A DNA stretch of 64,000 nucleotides from Alloascoidea hylecoeti. Lineage: Eukaryota. Position 1 is the stretch's first letter. The number at the start of each line of letters is the position of its first letter. The translations under genes were made by a program, and so were the position numbers. The notes beneath the pieces were generated by a model. The model ran no database searches. It was not told where the DNA came from and saw only the letters and a list, made by a program, of their open reading frames with translations. Of this stretch, positions 12,838 through 25,483 are shown piece by piece. Where the stretch lies: positions 1 to 64,000 of the forward strand of contig BCKZ01000031.1 of the NCBI GenBank assembly GCA_001600815.1, read 5' to 3'.

Positions 12838-14650
12838 TTATTCTTTACAAACAAATTTTATTCCTCTATTTGAAATGTATATGAGAGTATTAATTTCATT
12901 TGACATTTCACGTTTATCAACAACATAATCATGAACCTAGTAAGGATTTTAAATATTCCTGGACAGAAAAGACTAACTATATGTTTTTAGATAAACACTT
13001 GTATTATGAAAATATTCATATATTCCATTTGTTGTCCTTTTTTGTACGCATGCCTATTCGAGGATAAAACTGTGTATTGTAACATTATTTGATATATTTT
13101 TTGACTAAATGCCTATAAATTTTTAATGGTTGTACACTCTATCAATCTTGTTTAAGCGCTGGGTAAGTAAGATCACAGTAACTCTTTTTATTTAGCCCTA
13201 AAAAACTATTATATTATGATGATGAGAAAACATCTGTTAGAGGAAAATCCTATGCAATGAGAAATATTCAAAAGTATATATAAATATATCGATATTCTTC
13301 AACAAAAAAATTGGTCCCCTTTATTAACAATTAGCGAAAGAATGGGATTTGATACAAACAAAGAAGCTTTATAAAGGAAATAAAAGAAAGAGGGAAGGAT
13401 TTAAACCCCAACCTCAGTCCGTTGATGTCAATTGTTATCACTTTATAGGCCGCCAGCTGATTCTGCTGAGCAGTCTGAGCTTAACAATTTGCAGGCAACA
13501 GCTAAAAATCATGAATTGCATCCACCATTGTTTCAGTCACAACTAATAAATCAAGCGAAAATTTATGAATCAGCATCAGAATCACCGGAAAATCTTTTGA
13601 GAGCTAGTGATCATTCATGATGATATGTATTTAAATGGAGTTATGTGTTTAAATAGTACTATATATTATCATTACAACCTATACCCTTTAAATACCTATC
13701 ATCATGAATTATATCAGTAACATAATTCCTAGAATAATCATTAATTATTGACGAAATTTCCCACTTATTTAATGTTTATCAGAGCTTTATCGAAGACCCT
13801 AAAGACAAAATACAAATCTTGAAAGTAAGATCACCTCCAACTATCTGGGATAGCTAATTGGCTCTCCTTATATTTTTAAAGATTATTATACCATTAAGTT
13901 CCCACAAATATTAATTTTGTGAGCGTTTTAATTGGGATAGCAACATATAAGTACACGTATATGAGTAAATAGTTTGTGTATTCCTGTTAATTAATTACTT
14001 ATTACTTTAAGGTAGAGAAACAGATAAATTCTATTTATATCAATAGGGGTAGCTATGATGTGTGATAGCTGGGGTCAAAGACATGTGAATCCGAATTGAA
14101 AACTACTTTGATTATTTGATACCTTCAAATGTGTATCTTTCTTGGAGGTCTATCGACCACCTTAAAATCTTCCATTTTTTGCACGATGATCTGGTCTAAA
14201 AAGAAAAAAAATTAATGTCCAAACAAACTAAGTATAAAACTTCATACAAAAAGTAATCATAACATATTTCGGAGGTTTCGTACGGTTTTACCCCGATTAC
14301 ATACACCCTTAAAAAATATTATAATAAATAATGGAATTTTCAAAATTGAATGTAAAAACTTGACAAAAAATTAGAATAAAAGAAAGATTGAGAGAGAAAA
14401 ATTATGTTTGTAAAATTTTATATGATAATTGAGATTGTGGGGGCATGAAATAAGCGTTTGTAACAATATTTCTTATTTATATATCAGGCAAGTAATAATG
14501 TGTGTGTGAAAATTAGTTGTGTGGGAGTTTGATAATTAGTAGTGAGAATGTCCGAAATTAAGTGAAATTTCTGAAGTTGTGAACTTCTTACAAGTATGAT
14601 TCCTAATTGGGAAGAGTGAACATTGTGTCCAATTTCGAACTTTATTTAAG

Positions 14651-15204
14651 AAATTCATGTCCTAAACTTAGTTAGGGAATGGAATGATTGTAATTTTTAC
14701 ATGTATGTTTCCCAATTTAGAAAAGAAGAAGAAGGGTGAACATTTTGTTCAATTTCGAACTTTAGCTGTACAATTCATGACCTAATTATATAAGGAAAAT
14801 GAACATTTTGTTCAAATTCCCATTCTACTCTGAACTTTTTATTATGTCCTAAATTAAGAAAAAAGTGGACATTCGTGAAATGACCAAACTTTATTTNGNN
14901 NANTNTTNGNNNGNCANCNNANNNNNNNNNNNNTNNGNTGNCNNNCNAANANTNNNCNAAATAAAGTTTGGTCATTTCACGAATGTCCACTTTTTTCTTA
15001 ATTTAGGACATAATAAAAAGTTCAGAGTAGAATGGGAATTTGAACAAAATGTTCATTTTCCTTATATAATTAGGTCATGAATTGTACAGCTAAAGTTCGA
15101 AATTGAACAAAATGTTCACCCTTCTTCTTCTTCTCTAAATTGGGAAACATACATGTAAAAATTACAATCATTCCATTCCCTAACTAAGTTTAGGACATGA
15201 ATTT
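14651..15204. repeat. Near-perfect palindrome, ~246-bp arms around a ~62-nt ambiguous centre; arms contain sub-repeats
   Basis: 14651-14896 is the reverse complement of 14959-15204 (one mismatch seen); the ORF track shows the same peptide on both strands. Confidence 0.95.
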
Positions 15205-15254
15205 AGCAGCCGAAGTTTTATACATACACGTAAAGTTTATAGTAACTACCAACC

Positions 15255-15339
15255 ACTAACTACTAACTACTAACTACTAACTACTAACTACTAACTACTA
15301 ACTACCTACTAACTAACTACTAACTACTAATTACTAACT
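15255..15339 (+). repeat. (TACTAAC)n heptamer tandem array
   Basis: Six perfect tandem units at 15261-15302 plus three more perfect units among variants. Confidence 0.95.
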
Positions 15340-15871
15340 ATGATGCATAGTAATTGGTTGCAACATTCATCTTTGATTTATGGAGGATCTAATAGATAAG
15401 ATTATTCATCTTCTACAAGATATAACAAGACTCAAACATCCATTTTTAGGGATTAGATATCAAAAACTACTAATGATTCTCCAGGATCGAACTCATAAAA
15501 AAAATAAGCTAGATTTTTATTTAACATACGTTCACAACTTCACATAGTAATTATATTCACAGGTAAATTATACATTCATTTGATTATTATGATAAAAGAA
15601 TTTGTAAAATCATAATAATAATATCTTACAATATAATTGTAAACTACTGTATTTATGCATATATGAATTGTAACTGTATTCATGAAGAATAATACACAAT
15701 GTGTTAGCTCTGTTTATGAGAATATGAGTGTATATGACCGTCGAAAGAATTAGCTTATGTAACTTAAACTTGTTAATATTAAATAAATAATTATGCAAAT
15801 TAATCGTTTATTGAAAAAAAATAGTTATATATAATATGTATTCACTTTATGATAAATATTAATCGTTATAA

Positions 15872-16612
15872 TTATAATTCTTGAGTAACTGTTCTAACAT
15901 CAAATGGGACATCTCCAAGTAAAACTTTAGTACCACTAAAAGGTTCACATGATTCTCTCTTTCCACCATAAGGGCCTGGTTTTACCGTTTTACCCTCTTT
16001 TATATCCTTCAAAATAGCAATAGTTGATTCAGAAGTTAAATCTTCATAAAAATCATCATTAACCGCAAACATTGGTGCATTAACGCAAGCACCTAAACAC
16101 TCAACTTCCGATAAAGTGAATAACCCATCTTTTGTTGTTTCACCAGGTTTAATATCTAAATGTTCTTCAACAGCCTTTATAACTGCATCAGAATTACATA
16201 ATTGACATGGTGTTGTTGTACATACTTGAATATGATATTTCCCCATTGGTTTTCTATTATACATTGTATAAAAAGTTGCAACTTCATAAACTCTCATTGG
16301 TGGCATTTCTAAATATTTTGCAACATAATTCATAACTGAAATCGATGTGAAACCATGTTGTCTTTGTGCTAAATCTAATAAAGGCATCACTGCTCCTTTC
16401 TTATATTGAGGTGGATATTTTGCGACTATTGTTTTAGCTCTTTCTTGATTTTCGGTAGTAAATTCAAAAGTAATTGTTGGATTATCTTGTTTAGTATTAC
16501 GATGAACACCAATGATATGAGAATTTCTTGTAAAAATCGATGATTGGATCTTGGCTGCTTTAAAAGCCTGGAGCCCACGGAATGCTATCCTTGTACTGTT
16601 AGAAAGTGACAT
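15872..16612 (-). CDS. NADH:ubiquinone oxidoreductase 24-kDa subunit (NuoE/NDUFV2 family)
   Basis: [10 protein letters not shown]; 2Fe-2S motifs [10 protein letters not shown] and [12 protein letters not shown]. Confidence 0.97.
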   Translation of the reverse strand: MSLSNSTRIAFRGLQAFKAAKIQSSIFTRNSHIIGVHRNTKQDNPTITFEFTTENQERAKTIVAKYPPQYKKGAVMPLLDLAQRQHGFTSISVMNYVAKYLEMPPMRVYEVATFYTMYNRKPMGKYHIQVCTTTPCQLCNSDAVIKAVEEHLDIKPGETTKDGLFTLSEVECLGACVNAPMFAVNDDFYEDLTSESTIAILKDIKEGKTVKPGPYGGKRESCEPFSGTKVLLGDVPFDVRTVTQEL

Positions 16613-16906
16613 CTTTTAATCGTTTTCCTTGGTTCTTTGAATTTGGCAATTGGATGACTACTTTGTCTAAAAATTCAAACAAAAACTGAACAAAAATCAA
16701 AAAAGAAGCTTTGAAGGTTTAAACAGAAAATCAGAAAAGACGGGCTTCTGATTGGCCGACTATAGCTGACTAAGATTATGTAGGCTGTATTATGTAATAC
16801 AAAGTAATACAATCACGTGCGATTAGATAAAACGCTGAAACCATTGAAATTTCAGAATGACTGATCTTTTCATTTACATCTACAAATTTCTGAATTAAAC
16901 AGAATT
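16613..16906. promoter_or_regulatory. Divergent promoter with CCAAT box and Cbf1-type site
   Basis: TGATTGG at 16749-16755; TCACGTG at 16813-16819, upstream of a sulfur-metabolism gene. Confidence 0.55.
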
Positions 16907-18175
16907 ATGTCCGAAAATCCCATTGAACTCGATGGAGAATATCCACCTTCTCCAGCACCATCAACACCAAGATCCCATGGTCATTATTCATTAGAAACAG
17001 AAATTGTTTATACTGAAACCACCGATCAATACGGAGCATCAAGTGTACCACTTTATCAGAGTGCAACCTTTAAACCAAATTCATTAAGTAACATGGGTGA
17101 ATATGATTACACAAGAAGTGGGAATCCAACACGAACATTTTTAGAAAGACATTTATCAAAAATTATGAAAGCGGGCAGAGTTTTGGCCGTTTCTTCTGGG
17201 ATGACTGCATTGGATGTTATCTGTCGATTATTAAATCCTGGCGATGAAGTTATTGCTGGTGATGATTTATATGGTGGTACTAATCGATTATTAAAATATT
17301 TGAAGACTAATAATGGAATAATTGTTAATCATGTTGATACTACTAATAATGAAGATGTATTCAAAGTTGTTTCTGAAAAAACAGCAATGGTTTTTTTAGA
17401 AAGTCCAACTAATCCATTAATTAAAGTAATTGATATTAAAAAAATTACAGATTACGTTCATCAACATGCACCTAAAGCATTAGTTGTCTTTGATAATACA
17501 ATGCTTTCACCAATGCTTTTCAATCCTTTAGATTTTGGTGCTGATATAGTTTATGAGTCTGCTACAAAATATTTAAATGGTCATCATGATGTTATGGCTG
17601 GTGTTATTGCTGTTCGAGATTTAGCAATTGGAGATCGTTTGTTTTTTGTGATAAATGCTTCCGGTTGTGGTCTAGCTCCATTCGATTGTTTCTTATTAAT
17701 GAGAGGTTTGAAAACTTTAGCTGTAAGATTTGAAAAACAACAAAGAAATGCTCAATTGGTTGCTGAATTTTTAGAAGATGCCGGTTTTAAAGTAAGATAT
17801 CCAGGACTTAGATCTCATCCTCAATATAAACTACATCATTCATATTCAAAAGGTTCAGGTGGTGTTATATCATTTGAAACAGGTAATGTTGAATTAAGTG
17901 AACAAATTGTTGAGCATACTAGAATTTGGGGAATAAGTGTTAGTTTTGGTTGTGTCAATTCTCTAATTTCACTACCTTGTAAAATGTCTCATGCCTCAAT
18001 TGATGCCAAAACAAGAGCTGAAAGACATTTCCCTGAAGATTTAATTAGATTGTGTGTTGGAATTGAAAATCCAGATGATTTAATTGATGATTTAAAAAAT
18101 TCCTTAATTAGAAGTGGAGCTGTTAAAGTTGACTTGGATGGGTTAATAAAAGCAACTACTAAATTATCGATATAA
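16907..18175 (+). CDS. STR3: Cystathionine beta-lyase
   Basis: YDYTRSGNPTR, LESPTNP, ESATKYLNGHHD (PLP lysine), ISVSFGCVNSLIS. Confidence 0.93.
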   Translation: MSENPIELDGEYPPSPAPSTPRSHGHYSLETEIVYTETTDQYGASSVPLYQSATFKPNSLSNMGEYDYTRSGNPTRTFLERHLSKIMKAGRVLAVSSGMTALDVICRLLNPGDEVIAGDDLYGGTNRLLKYLKTNNGIIVNHVDTTNNEDVFKVVSEKTAMVFLESPTNPLIKVIDIKKITDYVHQHAPKALVVFDNTMLSPMLFNPLDFGADIVYESATKYLNGHHDVMAGVIAVRDLAIGDRLFFVINASGCGLAPFDCFLLMRGLKTLAVRFEKQQRNAQLVAEFLEDAGFKVRYPGLRSHPQYKLHHSYSKGSGGVISFETGNVELSEQIVEHTRIWGISVSFGCVNSLISLPCKMSHASIDAKTRAERHFPEDLIRLCVGIENPDDLIDDLKNSLIRSGAVKVDLDGLIKATTKLSI

Positions 18176-19025
18176 AGGAAATTCGAAACAAAAGAAGAAA
18201 ATAAAATTTCTACACTTGAATATAAAAAAGATTTATGTATATAAAATGATATTATAATTAGAAACTGGGGAAAAATTTATATAATCTGATATCATGGCTA
18301 GTAAATAAGTTGTAAACATAAAGAGAAAGTAGAACTATATAATGGTAACTATAATAATTATAAAATATAAAATTTGTTGAAGAGTTGAAGTGATAATTAT
18401 GGACCTCAAAAACAGATTGGACTCGATTTGAGTCCAGTTCTTGTAGATGGGTGCCATTTCTCTGTATTAATCATATCAGCTCAATTAGTTTGGCTTATTA
18501 TGGGATGAATTGTTCAAGCTCAAGTCGATAAATATTATTGTACGATTGTATGGAACTAGCTATTATATGATACTCGGATCGGATAACTATAAATCAGTTA
18601 TAATTTTATATTTCTCCGCAATTTTTAATCCCGGCTTCCCAATTGCCCCAACTGAGAGACCTGAAACTTATCTTTATCCCCCCTTCATCGGATAAAAGGA
18701 GATTTATTAATCAAATTGTCAGTTGTAATTAATTTTAAGGGCTTTTTGGGTATAAGATAGTTATGTGTTCATTGTGTTGTGCCTTTACCATTAGTTAACT
18801 GAGGTGGATTTGAACGTGTAAATGGATTATGTCATACGAACATGCATGTAATAAACTACATGGTATACCGGGGAGGTATAACTTATAATTATAAATATAG
18901 ATGGGATAATATGGGGAATAGGAAGTGGAGTTCATTTATGCGTTATAGCTATAGCTATATAAAAGCCGTTATAACTGCAATTGCAAAAGTAAACAGATTT
19001 ATTATATATATTGATAATCACAATA

Positions 19026-19841
19026 ATGCGTTTATCCCCAATACTTTTTAAAGCAGCAACAAATGCCCCAAGAACCGCTCTAGTCTCCGGTTCAGCACAA
19101 GGAATTGGACGTGGTATTGCCCTCCAACTAGCAAAAGATGGTTATAACATTGCAGTTGCTGATCTTCCCATGCAAGAAGAAAAAGCTAATGCAGTTGTCA
19201 AAGAAATTGAATCTTTAGGAATGAAATCTATCTTTGTTCCACTTGACGCTTCTAATAGAGACAATATGTTTGCAGCTGTTGATGAAACATACAAAAAGCT
19301 GGGAGGTTTCAATACAATTATCAACAATGCAGGTATTGCTCAAGTTATGCCGATGTTGGAAGCTAGAGATGAAGATGTAACAAAAATCACAGATATCAAT
19401 ATCAAAGGTGTGTTATGGGGAATCCAAGCAGCAGCTACTAAATTTGAAGAATTGGGTCAACATGGAAAGATTATAAATGCTTGTTCAATTGCTGGCCATA
19501 AAGGAATGCAAATGCTTGGTGTTTATTCTGCTACTAAATTTGCCGTTAAAGGTCTTACACAAGTCGCAGCCCAGGAATTAGCACCCAAGAATATCACCGT
19601 CAATTCGTATTGTCCTGGAATTGTTCTTACCCCAATGTGGGATTATATTGATGAATTAATGTCAAAGCATAGTGGTATCCCAAAGGGTGAATCGGTCAAA
19701 CAAGCCATTGAAGGGATTGCTTTAAAGAGAGGAGAACAGCCTGAGGATGTGGCTGGTTTAGTATCTTTCCTAGCTAGTGAAAAAGCAAACTATATCACCG
19801 GCCAATCAATTATGGTTGATGGTGGAATTGTTTACAATTAG
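19026..19841 (+). CDS. SDR-family acetoin(diacetyl) reductase / 2,3-butanediol dehydrogenase, bacterial BudC/ButA type
   Basis: [54 protein letters not shown]...VDGG; first ATG at 19026. Confidence 0.88.
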   Translation: MRLSPILFKAATNAPRTALVSGSAQGIGRGIALQLAKDGYNIAVADLPMQEEKANAVVKEIESLGMKSIFVPLDASNRDNMFAAVDETYKKLGGFNTIINNAGIAQVMPMLEARDEDVTKITDINIKGVLWGIQAAATKFEELGQHGKIINACSIAGHKGMQMLGVYSATKFAVKGLTQVAAQELAPKNITVNSYCPGIVLTPMWDYIDELMSKHSGIPKGESVKQAIEGIALKRGEQPEDVAGLVSFLASEKANYITGQSIMVDGGIVYN

Positions 19842-22007
19842 TTTATATATATAGTAACAAAAACTCTTCACTTAATGAGACATGTGATAGCATTTATTTT
19901 GGACCTGATTCTCTTGGATATCCCATCAGACCTTAGAATGATATAACCTTATAATTGCATGTACTGTTAGACCACGCTACCGAGCGGGAATCACCACCCA
20001 AAACAGTTACATTTCAATCACGAATTGCAAAGCCAAAAACAAATATAAATTATTTAAGTTAGTACTACTGAATACTACTTAATCCCATAATTCTGATGAT
20101 AGATTTTAGTATATATAGCACTATTTTAAATAATTTATATATTTTGTTGCTGGTTTTGCAATTGGTGGTTGCAATTGAAATGTAATATAACAATATTTTA
20201 TCGAAACTCGTCCACACACACATTTCTTATCAAAAATATTTCACATTATTGTATATTCCACCTATTTATCAACAAAACTTTTCCCATTTCGTATCTGTTG
20301 GTTCAACACAACATTCATGTATTGTGTATATTGTCATATGATGGTCATACCCTATTTTTATTAAGGAAGATTGAAGTCGATTCTTAAACCTAGACTGTGA
20401 TTATATACAGCTAATTATTTATAATGATTACACAAATAACTAGATATCGATAAGTTGTTTATATATTTAGTAATGAAGATTCACTTCAATGATAACTAAC
20501 CTTTGATTATCAAGTATATGAAACCTTTATACTATTTTAAAAAAGGTGTCTACAACTTTTCATATTGATGAAAATTGAAACTTTTAGTTTAGTTGCAACA
20601 GCTTGCCAAAAATTATATTTCAATGAATGATTGTTCTGTTGTAAAATATTTTATTAGAAATAGCTTTGTTATTTTTATACTGATTTACTTTATCTTATTT
20701 AAATAAATATTTAGACATCAGCAATGTAATTTTATAAAGTAGGAGAGAGTATGTTACACTTTTTAATTTTTTAGTAACATACTGTATGTTGAGAACAGCT
20801 ACATGTTTGCCAAGAAGAAGAAGATATTGGATGCCTTCTGGAACTTTTCAAAGTTAAACAACTTTAATTTTGTCTAACTACTCGATCCCAGATCGCAATA
20901 ATCTTGGATAAGCATACCACAGCCATGACGAGCAGAGTATAAATGTAAGGGAACTATTTGTTTGCTTGGTTTAGATAGTCTCATAGTGATGTTCTTCACT
21001 ATAGAATCTAGACTATATATTGATTACTCGAGCTCTAGATATCGATCTTATATGTAGCTTGCTGTAGCTGCAGTTGCAGTTTCTATTCTCGATAATTGAT
21101 CGATGATATTTTATTATAAATTCTCCTTTCGTTGACTTATAACTTATATGTGCCCGTGAGATAGGGGTGAGGCAATATCCGATTGTCGAGCCAAGTCGAT
21201 TAGAGCTATAGAGGGGTTAGTAATTTAAGATTGGTAGAACGGCGTCCTATTGTACTAATATTTGAATTTCGTTAGTTATGCTATAAGCTTGCCCGCTAAA
21301 TGTTCTATCTAGATCTTTGTTATATAATTAATATTGATCATCCCTACTCTTGGTTACATATAGACCAACAAATAGTGCTATATGGTAGAGTCAGGTAGAA
21401 TATGTTCTAATTTCTAATTAGCAATGAATGATGGTTAGCTGCTAATTATAATACACTTCTTGGAACAATATTAATTATATTATAATTATAATTACATAAC
21501 ATAATCGATGAAATACTTCTGAATCGGGTTTAAACGGTTCAATTTCAAATTGAATAATTGTACAATAGGAAACAATATATCAATACAAATCGTACCCATA
21601 TGAGGTTATATCCCAGTCAACAATCGCCTTAAGATCAAAATTATATTAAGATATGTAATTATTACATCAAAAAGATAAGGATCAAGGTTATAATTATATA
21701 TATTTATGGACAAATAACGCTATGTATATCAATATAAAGTATAAAACAAGTATTAGATAATTAGATACAAAAACTGAAACATTGTAAACGAATCAAATCC
21801 AACTAAGATGAAAATCAATATGTAAGTTAAATCAACGTACGAAAAAGTATTTTGCTCATAGTTGTTTCTTATTTTTTTTATATTTTATTCTTCCCTTAAT
21901 TTCATATATAGAATGCTGGATGAGTGATATAATCACAGCTGTAAACGTTGTTTCTTGTTGGATTTAAAAAATCACCATCAATGTCGATGTTAATATTGAT
22001 AAGTAAT

Positions 22008-22965
22008 TTAAATCATATGAACAATTTCAGGATTAAAGAATTTATCACATCCATCTATATCAGTCCACCAATTAAACAAATAATTGTTACAGATCAATTC
22101 AAACCAAGGAGTAAACTTTAACTCCGGGTCTTTAAACATTTGTTTTAATTCTTCAGGTGTAACATACTTCTCATCACGTACTTCATTTCGGCTTGGTTCA
22201 ACAACTGGATTCGCACGAATGAATAATATATAATCAATTTCATGCTCACCCCAAGCACCATCATCACCACTTGGTGATTTATAATGTATTCTTGTTAAGA
22301 ATTTGAAATTTTCAATGGGGATATATTCCGCCTTGATACCCAATTCATGATCCAGTTTTCTTTGGGCAGCATTCTTAACACCTTTGATTGCCGATTCAAG
22401 ATCAGTTCCGACTTCGGAAGAAACAGCCAAAGGATGGGAACAACATGTATTTGTCCATAAATCGGGGAATGTAATCTTTTCAGTAGCCCTTTGTTGTAGT
22501 AATAGTTTACCTTCATCATTAAATAAAAAGACAGAGAAAGCTCGGTGCAATAAACCTTTCTCTATATTATCGTAGATATGACAGGTTTTTTTCGAGCCAG
22601 CACCAATAGGGGTATCGTTATAATCTAAAACTATACACATTTCATCCATCAAACGAATTTGTTCTTCATCATGGCCAGCAAACAAAGAAGCATCTTCTTC
22701 CTTGACATCGGTGGAGTCTCTAGTTGCTTTTGAAAGAACGGTAGTTGGGATAACGTCAGGGAATTCACGCAAAACATCCTCCTTGGTCAAATTTTTGACC
22801 AACTCGTCATATGAGGAGTATGGTTTTGTACTTGAGGTGGTACTATCTTTTGTCATCGGACCTAAATGATGATTTATAAATGTTAGAAGGTGTGTGTTTA
22901 GATGGGGCAGGCTGCAGGGCATAAGACATACGGATCGGCGAGGTTTGTTGTAAAGAAGCAATCAT
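22008..22965 (-). CDS. IDI1: Isopentenyl-diphosphate delta-isomerase; intron 22931-22862
   Basis: LLHRAFSVFLF, WTNTCCSHPL, WGEHEIDY; ATG at 22965 splices in frame (GTATGT..TTCTAAC..TAG) onto the second ATG at 22856. Confidence 0.95.
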
Positions 22966-23217
22966 GGCTGAAAATAATCGGAGACTCTGGACAATAAGAA
23001 GGTTCGGAAGAGAAAAGAGGCAGTCTTTTATACTTTTCTACTTGACAAGATCAGCATCAAACCTCTTATTATTATATAGGCGTTATGCATGCCTGTGGTT
23101 ACGCGGACAGCCTTCAATCGGGCGTAACTTAGGGCACGCTTTGACTGAAAAAAAACAACCTTCCTCCTCGGTGTCCTTTTCTTCTGTTGTACAACTTTTC
23201 AGTTTTGTCTTCTAAAA

Positions 23218-24630
23218 ATGGCTCCTTCTACTTCGTCCCCTCCTCCAGCCGAAAAAAAGTCTCATTCAAAGAGGCCTCAACAGCCCAACAAAGAGGCTCT
23301 TGATGCTACTCTTGAAACCCTCAACATTGAGCTCAAGGCCAAGGATAAGGAGATCAATGAAATCGCTGCTCAAATGAACGCTTTGAAAAATGGTACTGCT
23401 TCTGGCCCCGATGACAAGCGCACTGAACTACAAAATGAGTTGAAAACGTTGATCAATGAACAAAGTAAAATCAAAACCCAACGTAATGCAATCAACGATG
23501 AAATTAAAGTTGTTGACAATTCTTTAAAAAAGAAAATTAAGGAATTACAAGCCGCTCGTGGTAAATCAAATTTCAAATCCGCTGATGATGTTGCTAAACA
23601 AATAGAAAGATTAGAGAAGGACATTGATAGTGGTAACTTAAAACTTGTTGATGAACGTCGTCATATTAAAGAAATTTCAAATTTAAATAGAATTAAAAGA
23701 GATTTTTCTGGTTTAGATAGTATTCAAAAGTCAATCGATCAAGAGAAGGAAAAATTAACTACCTTAAGAGAAAAATTGAATGGTGTTCAAAACAAGGAAT
23801 TAAACGCTCGATTTGACGTTGTTAAAGGTCAATTAGATGAGATTAGAGAATCAAGGTCTAAAGTTAATGACAAGAAATCAGTTTTGTATAAGAAGAGAGA
23901 AGGCTTACACAAAGAGAAGGATGCTATTTACAGCAAAATTAGAGCTGCTAGGGATGAATTCCATACTCAACGTAAAGCTTATCAAGAATTTGCCAGGGAA
24001 GAACGTGCTCGTCGTTTAGAAGCTGAAAAAGCTGAAAGAGAAGCATCTGAAAAAGCTCACAGAAAAGAAGTTGCTGAAGCTAAATTAGCCGAAGCTTCAA
24101 TTCCTGCTTTTTCAACTGAAATCAAAGCAATTAATACTTTGATTGTTTATTTCGATCCTACTTTTGTACCAAAAAATACTTCGATTTTAGGTGCTAAAGT
24201 TAATGGTTTGTCCATTGATCATCACTCAAGAAGAAAGATTGAAGTTCCAGAAGGTGCTGTTTTAGTTAAGAAAGTTCAGGAAGATTTCTTTACAGGTTCA
24301 AAAGGTAAGAAAAATAAGAAGAGAAACAACAAAGAACAACAACAGCAACAACGTGTTTCTTATGATCCATACATTATCAATCAATTGGCTCAATTAGGCG
24401 CACCAGTTCCAACCAATAAGGAAACTGTACCTGAAACTGTTGAAGCTTTAAAGAAAAAATTAGCCGAATTTGAATCAAATCAAGAAACTCAAACCAAGAA
24501 GAACGTTGAGAAAGCTAAAGCTGAAATTGCTAAATTGGAAAAGGAAGCTGCTGAAGCTGCTAAAGCTGAAGAAGAAGTAAATAGTGCCGCATCTTTAGAG
24601 CCAACTGCTGAAACTACAATTGCCGCTTAG
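23218..24630 (+). CDS. BFR1: Bfr1-like coiled-coil nuclear segregation / mRNP protein
   Basis: Long coiled coil with LEKDIDSGNLKLVDERRHIKEISNL, ASIPAFSTEI, FFTGSKGKK. Confidence 0.85.
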   Translation: MAPSTSSPPPAEKKSHSKRPQQPNKEALDATLETLNIELKAKDKEINEIAAQMNALKNGTASGPDDKRTELQNELKTLINEQSKIKTQRNAINDEIKVVDNSLKKKIKELQAARGKSNFKSADDVAKQIERLEKDIDSGNLKLVDERRHIKEISNLNRIKRDFSGLDSIQKSIDQEKEKLTTLREKLNGVQNKELNARFDVVKGQLDEIRESRSKVNDKKSVLYKKREGLHKEKDAIYSKIRAARDEFHTQRKAYQEFAREERARRLEAEKAEREASEKAHRKEVAEAKLAEASIPAFSTEIKAINTLIVYFDPTFVPKNTSILGAKVNGLSIDHHSRRKIEVPEGAVLVKKVQEDFFTGSKGKKNKKRNNKEQQQQQRVSYDPYIINQLAQLGAPVPTNKETVPETVEALKKKLAEFESNQETQTKKNVEKAKAEIAKLEKEAAEAAKAEEEVNSAASLEPTAETTIAA

Positions 24631-25483
24631 AATATGCTTTTTGGTTTGTTCATTAAGTAGTTACGTTTTAAACATCGATATATTTGTCATATTTGTTTTT
24701 GGATACCTCACTCTCGTCTGTCATATTAAAAATAAAATAAAAAAAATAGGAAAAAAAGAGAAAAAAAAAAGTAGAAGAGAAAGAAAAAAAATTTTATGTT
24801 TATTTTATAGGAAAAGTTTTTTTTTTATATCTTTGACTTTCTATTATTATGATTATTACCATTGTCATTTTTATTGTTATTATTATTATTACTTTCCCTC
24901 TAAATAAGTATATATTTTTTCAATATTTTTTTCAGGCTTTTTTGGTAATGACTAAATATTCATATATTCATTTGATATGCAAATTTATTGTTGTTCTGCT
25001 CTGTAGTTACACTGTGTTTAATAAATAGGACAATACGGCTAATTTTAGTTTTATATTGGCAATTAATTGTAACAAGTTTATCAATAAGTTGTATTCAAAA
25101 TCATTGATCATTTTGTTTTTATTAAAAATGTGATGCATTCAATAGGTATTACCGTATTAGGTGGTAATTGCGGCAACGTAAACTAAATAATCAGCCATGA
25201 TGATAAAAGTTATACGACGTTGAACCTTCATGATAAATCAAGTTTATAATTAAGTCAATATATATATATGCAAATGCAATTTTTTTAAATGTTGAGTTAA
25301 GTTCAGTAAATATTATAAATAGATAAATACAAAAAGTACAGCAGAATTGCTAATGTAGTAAATGATAGTTATAACAAAAATTAAAACAAAAATCTTTTAA
25401 CTGGATATTAATGGAGATCCAGATGAGGAAAGTGAAACAAACAAAAGCATACAAAATTATATAAATTTTATAAGATATAGAAA

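Noticed and set aside
13240..13900. Short ORFs and an IIDE (Walker-B-like) motif
   Set aside because: No Walker A or continuous frame; cannot be assigned
14590..14900. CRISPR-like repeat/spacer pattern
   Set aside because: Only 2-3 imperfect repeats, irregular spacing, eukaryotic context, no cas genes
14775..15080. Identical 71-aa ORFs on both strands
   Set aside because: By-product of the palindrome and N run; non-ATG start
19900..19995. tRNA-like A-box on the minus strand (CTCGGTAGCGTGGTCTAAC)
   Set aside because: No T-arm/B-box or cloverleaf could be built
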